Source: Anaerolineae bacterium (GTDB lineage: Bacteria; Chloroflexota; Anaerolineae; B4-G1). From it: a stretch of 39,824 nucleotides of DNA. The position numbers were made by a program, and so were the translations under genes. The notes beneath the pieces are model-generated. The model was not told the DNA's origin and did no database searches. It saw nothing but the letters and a program-made list of their open reading frames with translations. The stretch lies in assembly GCA_026418995.1 (NCBI GenBank), contig JAOAAG010000237.1:1-39824 (forward strand), given 5' to 3'. Of the stretch, positions 1-7,920 are shown piece by piece. Position 1 is the first letter of the stretch. Every line of letters begins with the position of its first letter.

Positions 1-19
1 AGATGTGTATAAGAGACAG
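1..19 (+). other. Nextera/Tn5 mosaic-end adapter sequence (assembly artefact)
   Basis: Exact AGATGTGTATAAGAGACAG at the first base of the contig. Confidence 0.97.
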
Positions 20-232
20 GGTATAATACCATACATGGCTATGGACGCCAGTGACGAGGCAGATTGCTCCGATGGGAAAATACCCGACGGCTACTCGCCC
101 ACAGTGGTCAGGGCAGGGGAGCATCTCCGGCTCGTCCCGTGCGGCTATACCACACTGGCCTACTTTACCGACGCGGCAGGTGGGCTGCATATGATCATCG
201 CTGGCGAAACGAACGGTGTGGCGTCATCCTGA
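20..232 (+). CDS. 3' end of a truncated hypothetical protein
   Basis: Open frame from the adapter junction to TGA at 230-232. The listed start codon lies inside the adapter. No family recognised. Confidence 0.45.
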   Translation, partial: GIIPYMAMDASDEADCSDGKIPDGYSPTVVRAGEHLRLVPCGYTTLAYFTDAAGGLHMIIAGETNGVASS

Positions 233-309
233 CGCCACGCGCCACGCACCTTAACGGTGTGTGGCGACTTGACCGGCGGTTCACCAGCGCTGGATGAAAA
301 CTTGCACTG

Positions 310-372
310 TGGGGATTAGGGACTGGGGAATGGGTAACCCCATTCCCCAACTCCTAATCCCCAATTTTTTTT
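310..372 (+). terminator. Long hairpin of G-rich heptamers followed by a T-tract (terminator or attenuator-like)
   Basis: TGGGGATTAGG..TGGGGAATGGG pairs with CCCATTCCCCA..CCTAATCCCCA (310-363), then T8 at 365-372. Confidence 0.55.
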
Positions 373-387
373 GGGAAGAGGTAAACA

Positions 388-3300
388 ATGTTTCACAACT
401 TTACAAAGCGATTGGGGGTCTACGTACTGTTCGCAGGAGTGATCGGGATACTGACAGGCGGGTATGACCTCCTCCATGCCCCAGCCGCTGCTCTCGCTAA
501 AACCGGTGGGAAACCGTCAGTTACTGATGCAACCTCAAGCACGTATGCACCGCAGGCGTGCACAACCTCGGTCTCCGGCAATATCACCGCTCCGGTCACA
601 TGGACGCCAGCCGGCAGCCCCTACTGCGTCACCGCCGACCTCTATGTTCGGCCCGGTGGCGCGTTGACCATTCAAGCCGGTGTCCAGGTGCAGGTCTCTG
701 ACAATATGTGGATCAGAGTGCAAGGCGGCGCGTTGAATGTTCAGGGCGCGCCGGGCAATCCCGTCGTGTTCACCGCGGCTTCCAACCGTTGGCGTTACCT
801 GTCCGTCGAGAGCGGCAGTGCGCAGATGACGCACTGCGTCATCGAAAAAGCAGGGCTTGTATCCACCGAAGCTGCGCTGCGCCTGTTCGTCAGTGATGTT
901 CAGGTGCAAAACTGTACGGTGCGCAACAACGGCGGACATGGCATCGAGCTGGGCGGCGAAGGTTCGACGATGCTTTTGGAGAACGTGGCGGTGACGGACA
1001 ATGCCGGCCGCGCGGTGTTCCAGAACACCATCAACATGAACCCCACCTACCGCAATGTGATGTTGAGCGGCAATGGTCTCAATGCAGTTATCCTGCCCCC
1101 CGGCACGCTGAACCGCGACGTGACCCTCGATAGCACCGGCATCACCGGCGGGCCTCTGCTCCTGGATTATGACCTTTATGTACCAGTCAGCACCACCTTG
1201 ACCCTGCTCCCCGGCACCACCCTGACGGTGGATAATGACAACGTCTGGGTGCGGGTGCAGGGCGGCGCACTGGTGGCGGAAGGCACAGCCGAAAAGCCCA
1301 TCACCTTGACCGTCAATCTGGTGGATGGTTCCAGTCGCTGGCGCTATCTGTCCATCGAGGCGAACAGCCGCGCCCGGCTGGACTATGTCACCCTGGAGCA
1401 TGCCGGCCTCTACAGCAACGAGGCCGGTCTGTATATTCAGACTTCTGACGTGCAGATGCGCCATAGCGTCGTGCGCGCTAACGCCGGCCCCGGCATCGTG
1501 CTTAGCGGCGAGGGGATCACCCCGACCTTGGAAAGTGTGCTTGTGACCGGCAACGGCGGTTTCGCCATCAAGCAGAATACGGTCAACATGAATCCCATCT
1601 ACCGCGACGTGACGCTGACTGGCAACGGAACGGATGCCGTGTACCTGCCCACCGGCGCGCTGAACCGCGACGTGACCTTGGATGGCGTGGGAATCGGGGG
1701 CAAGCCCTTTATCCTGGATTACGATCTCTATGTGCCGGTCAGCACCACCTTGACGTTGCGCCCCGGCACAACCTTCGCCTTCGACCTCGACAACGTCTGG
1801 TTGCGCGTGACGGGCGGCACGCTGGTAGCGGAAGGCACGGCCACGCAGCCCATCACCTTCACGGCTGCTTATACGACGCCCAGGCCGGGCCTGTATCGCA
1901 TGATTGCCATTGATTCGGGCGCGGCGCGTTTTGATCATTGCGCGATCAACTCGGCGGGATTATACGGTTCTCCGGCGCTCCTGGTCGGGTCGGTCAACCA
2001 GGTGACGGTGCGGAACTGTCGCGTCTACGGTAACAGCGGCGACGGGATGCAGGTGAGTAACAACACCGGCGCCGTCATCCTGGAAAACTCGGCCTTCTTC
2101 AGCAACACCAACGGCCTGCGGCTGAACAACGCCGGGTCGGTGACGAGCGCGAACTGCACTTTCCAGAACAACAGCAGCTACGGCGTCTTGCAGAATTCCA
2201 ACGATACTTTGAGCTACGTAGATAACGTCTTTAGCGGCAATGGGGTGGCAGGCGTAGGCATCAACGGCGGCACGCGCCTCGCGCCTATGACGCTCGGCCC
2301 GTCTGGAAATTCCTTCCGCGTGTTGGGTGACGTCACCGTCGGGCCGACCGCGACGTTGACGATTCAACCCGGCGTGCGGGTGGATTTTGCGCAGTACAAG
2401 GGGCTGGTGGTGGAAGGAACGCTGAACGCCGCCGGCTCGGCCACCCAGCCGATTACGTTCACCGGCACGGCGGAGACAAGCGATTGGTGGTGGGGGATCA
2501 TCGTGCGCAACGCCGGCTCGGCCACCCTGGAGCACGCGACCGTGGCCTACGCGGGATATTGGTCGGATAATACTGGCGTGCTCAAGTCGGGCAGCGGCAG
2601 CCTGATCCTGCGGAATTCCACCATCCGCAACAACGGCGGCGCGGGGCTGCGCATCCTCAACAGCACCGGCTACCACATTCTCACCGGCAACGTCTTCTGG
2701 GCCAACAGTGTGGGCGTGTTGGTGCAAGATACAACGCAGAGCGTGGCGCTGAGTGGCAATGTGTTCGCCGGCAACACCGACTTCGGCGTGCGCAACCTGA
2801 ACTCTGCTACCGTGTACGCCCGCCAGAACTACTGGGGCGACGCCAGCGGGCCAACCCACGCCACGCTCAACCCTGCCGGCACGGGCGACAAGGTGAGTGA
2901 CAATGTGGTCTTCGATCCGTGGTTGACGGCGCTGCCGGAGGGCGGGCAAATGGTGGGCGACCTGTTGTTCACGACCCGGGCGCCTGCCTTCATCAGCCCG
3001 GGCCAAACGGTGGACTATGCCATCCAATATATGAACCTGTTGACCGACACGGTGCGCAACGCGCTGGTGGTGGTGCAGTTGCCGGCGGCGGGCGACCTGG
3101 TGTCGGTCAGCGACGGCGGCATATACTGGCGCGAACGGGATCAGCTTTTCTGGAAACTGGGCGACCTGCCGTCGGGCAGTGCCGGCACGCTCTCCTTCCA
3201 GGTGCGCTTCCTGTGGGGCTTGCAGCGCAACTACAGCGACAGCACCATCACCATTTTCACCGCGGATAATTACAATCCCGGCGAACTGGACAGGCAGCCT

Positions 3301-5292
3301 TATTTCGACTATCAGCCCGTCACAATCAACACAGTGACGCCACTGACACAGGCGCAATTCGACGCGCAACTGGCCGCCTCGCCTGCCCTGCAAGCCGCTT
3401 ACGACGCAGCGCTGGCAGCCGGTTACGCCTATCACAGCGCGGCCAACGTCACCCGCAGCGATGGCGCGACTGTGCTCGGCGCGGTGCTGGTCAACACGGC
3501 CCGCCGCGCCGCCCGCATCCTTACCCTGTACAATAACCAGGTGCTCGTCTACACGATCAACGCCGGCGAATTCATCGTGGAAGACAGCAGCGGCGGTATG
3601 CGCATGGATCTCCTCACCCGCACGACCGGCGAATGGGGCGCGTGGGCATACAATCCTGCCATCAGCGCACTCTCCATGGCCGCCGATGGCTGCACGGTCA
3701 ACGCCTGCAAGCGGAACTGTCGCACGAAGATCGTCAGTTGGGAGTTCGTCACCAAGAAAAGCGCGCGCATCGTCGGTTGGACGGCGTTATCGTTCTTCAG
3801 CGGCGGTGGCGGCCTGCTCGGCGCGGCCTATGAAGTCTGGGATACGGTCAGCACGGCCAAAGAATTCCTCTACGATTGCCGGGTGAACTGCGAGGCCGAC
3901 CCATCCACCCATTGCTGCACGGCCGGTCAGGTGCGTTACAGCGGCGGCTTTATCGGGGGGATGACCAACAGTTGTTACCGCGAGAGATGCAACGCCGCCG
4001 TCGGCATGTGGGTGCCTGACGGCTACCAGACCTGCATCGCCTATGGACAGCGCTGCGTCGCCGGCGTTGGCGCGGGGGCCGGCTGCGTGAATTGCGAAGA
4101 GCGCCTGAACGCGCAGCGCGCGCAGGTGCAGGCGATCACCGTATCGGCTCCAGAAGCCGCGCAGCCACAGGGGTGCAGCGCAACCGCCGCCGGCGGCAAG
4201 CCACGCTGCCGCGACCTGAAGAACATCCAGGCAAAGGACCCCAACGCCCTCTACGGGCCGGCGGGCGACCTGCTGCCCGGCCAGACCGTCGTTTACACCA
4301 TCACCTACGAGAACGAGGGGGCGGGCCGCGCCTACGGCGTCTACGTGACCAACCCGCTGCCCGATGTCTTTGATGCAGCCACGCTCAACCTGCACGGCAA
4401 CGGCATCTACATAGCAGCCAGCCGTGAGATGATGTGGTACGTCGGCGAATTGGGGCCGAAAGGCGCTCCCGATTCCAGAGGCGCCATCACTTACACCGTC
4501 ACGCTCAAAAACAGCTTGCCCTCGGGCACGGTGGTGAGCAATCAGGCCACCGTCTATTTCCCCTCCGTGCCGGAGGAGACGCCCACCAATGCCTGGGTGA
4601 ACGTCGTTGCGCCCCTGGCGGCCATGCCGCAGGAACTGACCACCGCCTACATGACGCCGCTCGCCATCACGCTGAGCGGCCGCGAGATCAGCGGATTGCC
4701 GTTGACCTACGAGATCGTTGATGCGCCTTATGGCGGTATCCTGAGCGGCACCCTGCCCAACCTCATCTACACACCGGCGGAGAACTTTACCGGCCCGGAT
4801 GCCTTCGCCTTCCGTGTGAGCAACGGCGTCACCACTAGCCGCGCCGCGCAGGTCTATATCACGGTAACGCCGGTGGGGGATACAACGCCGCCGCAGGTGG
4901 TGTGGACCGACCCAGTCAGCGGGACAAAGGACATCACCGTCAATGCGACGCCCGTCTTTACCGACGCGCTTGGCCCACTCTACGCGCCAGTTATTCTGAT
5001 TGGCGTCTCCGAGCCGCTCAGTGAAACCACCGTCACGACCAGCACGGTCGTCCTGCGACTCGTGGGCGGCGCAACATTGACTGCCAAGGTCACGTTCGAC
5101 CCGTCCGGCAACTGGATCATACTACAACCGCGCGTGCCGTTGATGACCGGCGACTATGAAGTGCTGGTGACCACTGCCATCGCCGACCGCGCCGCCAACT
5201 ATCTGGTCGCGCCATACCTGTTTCGTTTCAGTACTGTAGCGCCGGTCGCGAGGTATTACATCTACTTGCCGCTTGTGCTGCGGCAATCGTAA
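388..5292 (+). CDS. Large secreted/surface protein: right-handed parallel beta-helix repeats, DUF11-like domains, Cys-rich insert, Ig-like domains, Chloroflexota-type C-terminal YLPLVLR tail
   Basis: N-terminal hydrophobic signal; many N-x-x-x-G-I/V beta-helix rungs; PGQTVxYxIxYxN domains; YTPAENFTGPDAF and DTTPPQVV Ig-like motifs; ends YIYLPLVLRQS; RBS GAGG upstream. Confidence 0.9.
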   Translation: MFHNFTKRLGVYVLFAGVIGILTGGYDLLHAPAAALAKTGGKPSVTDATSSTYAPQACTTSVSGNITAPVTWTPAGSPYCVTADLYVRPGGALTIQAGVQVQVSDNMWIRVQGGALNVQGAPGNPVVFTAASNRWRYLSVESGSAQMTHCVIEKAGLVSTEAALRLFVSDVQVQNCTVRNNGGHGIELGGEGSTMLLENVAVTDNAGRAVFQNTINMNPTYRNVMLSGNGLNAVILPPGTLNRDVTLDSTGITGGPLLLDYDLYVPVSTTLTLLPGTTLTVDNDNVWVRVQGGALVAEGTAEKPITLTVNLVDGSSRWRYLSIEANSRARLDYVTLEHAGLYSNEAGLYIQTSDVQMRHSVVRANAGPGIVLSGEGITPTLESVLVTGNGGFAIKQNTVNMNPIYRDVTLTGNGTDAVYLPTGALNRDVTLDGVGIGGKPFILDYDLYVPVSTTLTLRPGTTFAFDLDNVWLRVTGGTLVAEGTATQPITFTAAYTTPRPGLYRMIAIDSGAARFDHCAINSAGLYGSPALLVGSVNQVTVRNCRVYGNSGDGMQVSNNTGAVILENSAFFSNTNGLRLNNAGSVTSANCTFQNNSSYGVLQNSNDTLSYVDNVFSGNGVAGVGINGGTRLAPMTLGPSGNSFRVLGDVTVGPTATLTIQPGVRVDFAQYKGLVVEGTLNAAGSATQPITFTGTAETSDWWWGIIVRNAGSATLEHATVAYAGYWSDNTGVLKSGSGSLILRNSTIRNNGGAGLRILNSTGYHILTGNVFWANSVGVLVQDTTQSVALSGNVFAGNTDFGVRNLNSATVYARQNYWGDASGPTHATLNPAGTGDKVSDNVVFDPWLTALPEGGQMVGDLLFTTRAPAFISPGQTVDYAIQYMNLLTDTVRNALVVVQLPAAGDLVSVSDGGIYWRERDQLFWKLGDLPSGSAGTLSFQVRFLWGLQRNYSDSTITIFTADNYNPGELDRQPYFDYQPVTINTVTPLTQAQFDAQLAASPALQAAYDAALAAGYAYHSAANVTRSDGATVLGAVLVNTARRAARILTLYNNQVLVYTINAGEFIVEDSSGGMRMDLLTRTTGEWGAWAYNPAISALSMAADGCTVNACKRNCRTKIVSWEFVTKKSARIVGWTALSFFSGGGGLLGAAYEVWDTVSTAKEFLYDCRVNCEADPSTHCCTAGQVRYSGGFIGGMTNSCYRERCNAAVGMWVPDGYQTCIAYGQRCVAGVGAGAGCVNCEERLNAQRAQVQAITVSAPEAAQPQGCSATAAGGKPRCRDLKNIQAKDPNALYGPAGDLLPGQTVVYTITYENEGAGRAYGVYVTNPLPDVFDAATLNLHGNGIYIAASREMMWYVGELGPKGAPDSRGAITYTVTLKNSLPSGTVVSNQATVYFPSVPEETPTNAWVNVVAPLAAMPQELTTAYMTPLAITLSGREISGLPLTYEIVDAPYGGILSGTLPNLIYTPAENFTGPDAFAFRVSNGVTTSRAAQVYITVTPVGDTTPPQVVWTDPVSGTKDITVNATPVFTDALGPLYAPVILIGVSEPLSETTVTTSTVVLRLVGGATLTAKVTFDPSGNWIILQPRVPLMTGDYEVLVTTAIADRAANYLVAPYLFRFSTVAPVARYYIYLPLVLRQS

Positions 5293-5327
5293 AGGGGAAC
5301 ACCGCCAGCTTGAGCAGCCCGTTCTAT

Positions 5328-5837
5328 ATGGACCCGCCCAGTAACACCTTCACCGTGCGCCGCCACGATCCGCTGACGGTGAAGGATTTCCTGGGGCGGC
5401 TGCTGTCCGGCTCAGAGAACGGGCTGCTCAACACCCGCGGTCAACTCACGAAGGCGTTTTTGGATGTGACCACGACTTGACCACGCGAGTCGCGTTGCAG
5501 GGTCTGGACGCGAAGCTGGCGACAGCGCGCGGAGTTGGACGGACCCCACCGCCGCTATGACACGCTGTTGGCCGACTGCGCTGCCATCCTGCAATGCCCC
5601 ACGCCGAACTGGCATATCCAGCACTATACCCTCGAAACGCGCCTCGGCCACTGCATCGCGGAGGGCGACTGGGGTTCACTGAGCCACGAGTTACTCCACC
5701 ATCCTGGTCTCGTCATTTGGAACTCGCCCTGAAAGACAGTGGTCAAACCCTCAGATATCATCACGGTTATGGCGACCCGCACTACGACCCGTGGCCCATC
5801 CAAATTCTTGCGCTGTATTACCTGGTCGTCTCCGCAG
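5328..5837 (+). pseudogene. Decayed hypothetical gene, apparently frameshifted and abutting the ISAs1 remnant
   Basis: Protein-like segments in alternating frames (MDPPSNTF..FLDVT; DLTTRVALQGLDAKLA; ELDGPHRRYDTLLADC; RHLELALKDSG..YYLVV) ending at the IS fragment. Confidence 0.4.
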
Positions 5838-6071
5838 TCTCAATGAAAGCGTGAATCTTAACGATATGAATCTGCGCCGCTCAAGATTGCCATCATAGCG
5901 AATAGCAGCATGTGCCCCAGTTGGTATCGTTGTCCCTGCTTGCGACGATGATCGCTGATTCTGAACAAAAAGCTGACGAGCATACCCTCGGCCTCCTATG
6001 ATGAGATGGGGCGATAGATTACCACAGGATGCCAGATCGGGGCAGGATCGCGTCAGAATTGAACAACCCTG
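5838..6071 (-). mobile_element. ISAs1-family IS remnant (left end plus N-terminal transposase fragment)
   Basis: Minus strand begins CAGGGTTGTTCAATT at 6071 (ISAs1-type CAGGG end). GGAGG RBS, then ATG at 5983: MLVSFLFRISDHRRKQGQRYQLGHMLLFAMMAILSGADSYR-stop. A one-base shift restores KIHAFIET, matching the D-x-R...RY-x-L...LSGA-x-S pattern of the DDE_Tnp_1-associated domain. Confidence 0.8.
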
Positions 6072-6145
6072 CCTGCGTGGTGAAATCACGAGGGGATCGG
6101 ACCAGGTTTCAGCGCGAGCCTGCAGCACCCACGCACGTGCCAGTC

Positions 6146-6173
6146 TTGCTTTGGGCGCAGGAAGTGGTATGAT
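6146..6173 (+). promoter_or_regulatory. Putative sigma70 promoter with extended -10, about 340 nt upstream of 6521
   Basis: TTGCTT-N16-TATGAT preceded by TG. Confidence 0.45.
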
Positions 6174-6520
6174 ACTACAGATGACTATGTGCGCCAGTGA
6201 CGAAGCAGGTTGCTCCGGTGGGGGGATACCCGCCGGAGAGGAGAAGTTCCTGAGAAACTGCCGGTCCGGGCAGGTGGGGAGAAGAAGAGCGATGAGTATG
6301 GTACAGGTCAATCTTGAAGACAAGGTGATTGGTGAGCACGTGTTGTCAGGGTGCTTGGGCATCTGGGCGACACGTAGATGCCGCAGATAGGGAAAGCACT
6401 CTGCCGACCGTCCAGCCGGCGCGCGTCGCGTTTGCCTTCGGCTTGCGCTTGCCCGGCAGCCGCTGCGCGGGGCGTTAATGCGCCGGGTTAAATCAGAGAG
6501 TAAGGAGGCAAGGCTACACG

Positions 6521-7201
6521 ATGGAAAGAAAAGCACAATGGATTGACTACCTGGTTGCGGTGCTGGTACTTGGTTCGCTTTGGGGCTTCGCCGAGGTCGT
6601 GCTGGGGGGTGCAATGAAGATAGCCAAGGTGCCGTACCGGTCTGGTATCCTGACCGGCCTTGGAGTGGGACTGATGGCCCTCGCTGTCGGGGCCTTCAGA
6701 AGGCCCGCGTTGTTGCCAGGTATGGCGTTGGTGGCTGCCTGTTGCAAGCAACTGGTGGTACCCATTCTGCGCGTCTCTTTTATGTGCAAGGCCAATTCCT
6801 GCCTGGCAGTTCTGCTGGACGGCGTGGCCCTGTGCGGAGTCGTGGCGCTGGCTGGACGGTGGCTGGATAAGAGCTATCCGACCAGAGTAGCGAGTGGGGC
6901 GTCGGCAGCGTTGTTGGCAGCAGTGGGCTTTTACCTGATAGGTATGCGGTTAGCGCCCTGCCAGTATCTCCTCTCGTTTAATCGTCCCGGCGGTCTGCTG
7001 GCCTTCCTCGGTGCTGAGGGCCTGGTATGGATGATCTTCTCGGCCATCTTCTTCCCCGTTGGCTATGCGGTGGGCAGAAAGGCCGGCGATGTCATCCCCG
7101 CCTGGAGGGTAGGCAGGGCATCGCTGTATTATGCTCTCGCTGCGGCTATTGTAGCGTTTAGCTGGCTGGCGAGCGCGCTGGCCATCGCCAACGGGATTTA
7201 G
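6521..7201 (+). CDS. Integral membrane protein, ECF S-component-like, Cys-rich; substrate unknown
   Basis: About 6-7 hydrophobic helices in 226 aa; GSLWGFAEVVLG...P...G.L N-terminal pattern; ACCK and CKANSC motifs; RBS AAGGAGG. Confidence 0.7.
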   Translation: MERKAQWIDYLVAVLVLGSLWGFAEVVLGGAMKIAKVPYRSGILTGLGVGLMALAVGAFRRPALLPGMALVAACCKQLVVPILRVSFMCKANSCLAVLLDGVALCGVVALAGRWLDKSYPTRVASGASAALLAAVGFYLIGMRLAPCQYLLSFNRPGGLLAFLGAEGLVWMIFSAIFFPVGYAVGRKAGDVIPAWRVGRASLYYALAAAIVAFSWLASALAIANGI

Positions 7202-7220
7202 AGTAAGTTGAGGGCTGCCT

Positions 7221-7529
7221 ATGAAGGTCGAGATATCTTCACCCTGGGCCAGGGAGTTTATCCGCAAGCACGGTGGTGTGATCAACATCGCCTGGCGCAC
7301 TGTCTGCATGGACTGATGAACCATCTTCGAGGGCCCATCCGGTCGGATGGGAAAGCCAGATCATCCGGAGGAGTTCGTCTGCTTCCAGGCAGAGGATATA
7401 ACTGTTTATATCTCCAAGCCATTCTTGCGCGGAAAAGTGAAACCAGGGACACGGGAGATCTATTTCTACATTGACGGTTACGGACGTCATACACTCGCCT
7501 TGGACCCTCCATACGAGGGCGAGGCATGA
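7221..7529 (+). CDS. Small HesB-related CC/Se-motif selenoprotein with two adjacent in-frame UGA codons (C29-M-D-U32-U33), 102 aa
   Basis: ATG 7221 (GAGG upstream) reads MKVEISSPWAREFIRKHGGVINIAWRTVCMD-TGA-TGA-TIFEGPSGRMGKPDHPEEFVCFQAEDITVYISK... in the same frame as ORF 7347-7529. SECIS-like hairpin follows. The gene fills the gap between its neighbours. Confidence 0.8.
7334..7351 (+). promoter_or_regulatory. Bacterial SECIS-like hairpin for the UGA-UGA pair
   Basis: CCCATCC-GGTC-GGATGGG: 7-bp stem with GGUC loop, 21 and 24 nt after the two UGAs. Confidence 0.7.
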
Positions 7530-7564
7530 GCCGTGGTATACTTTGTTGAGTTGAAAGGAGAAAT

Positions 7565-7843
7565 ATGCCAACCGAACAGGAGGTTATCGAGGCGCTGCGC
7601 CCGGTGATGGACCCCGAGCTGGGAATGAGTGTGGTGGACCTGGGAATGATCCGGGAGGTTAACGTCGAAGGGGATACGGTCGAGATTAAAATGGTGTTGA
7701 CCGTGCCATTTTGTCCGCTGGCGGGCCTGATCACCAGGCAAGTGCAGAACGCCGCGGCAGCCCTACCAGGCGTCAAAGAGGCCAAGGTGACGCTGCTACA
7801 GGAGCCGTGGAACCCTGGCTGGATAAGCGGACAGCAGCGATAG
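7565..7843 (+). CDS. DUF59/SufT-like metal-sulfur cluster assembly factor
   Basis: DPELGMSVVDLGMI, LTxPxCP and PW motifs; RBS AAAGGAG. Confidence 0.9.
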   Translation: MPTEQEVIEALRPVMDPELGMSVVDLGMIREVNVEGDTVEIKMVLTVPFCPLAGLITRQVQNAAAALPGVKEAKVTLLQEPWNPGWISGQQR

Positions 7844-7875
7844 CGTCCACCAGGCACGGATGCCTGTGAGTTCCA

Positions 7876-7904
7876 TTGATGGTCACTTCCGAAGTGACCG
7901 TCAA
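7876..7904. repeat. REP-like palindrome, family B, copy 1
   Basis: TTGATGGTCACTTC-C-GAAGTGACCGTCAA; shares the GTGACCGTCA arm with the copies at 19739 and 21146. Confidence 0.7.
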
Positions 7905-7920
7905 CTGGGCGCATGGAGTG

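Noticed and set aside
5-19. Start of ORF 5..232 (MYKRQ)
   Set aside because: It is the translation of the Nextera adapter.
535-3435. Long minus-strand ORFs 535-1938 and 1960-3435
   Set aside because: Antisense shadows of the GC-rich 1634-aa gene, with no motifs.
6180-6520. Known riboswitch (cobalamin, TPP, T-box, ZTP) in the leader
   Set aside because: Only fragments such as CTGAGA match. No B12 box, T-box sequence or TPP 3' half is present.
5751-6614. 287-aa minus-strand ORF
   Set aside because: Low-complexity and spans an IS remnant, a leader and a real gene. The IS transposase stub is in another frame.
7347-7529. Stand-alone 60-aa ORF
   Set aside because: Its ATG lies inside the SECIS stem. 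It is better explained as the C-terminal part of 7221-7529.
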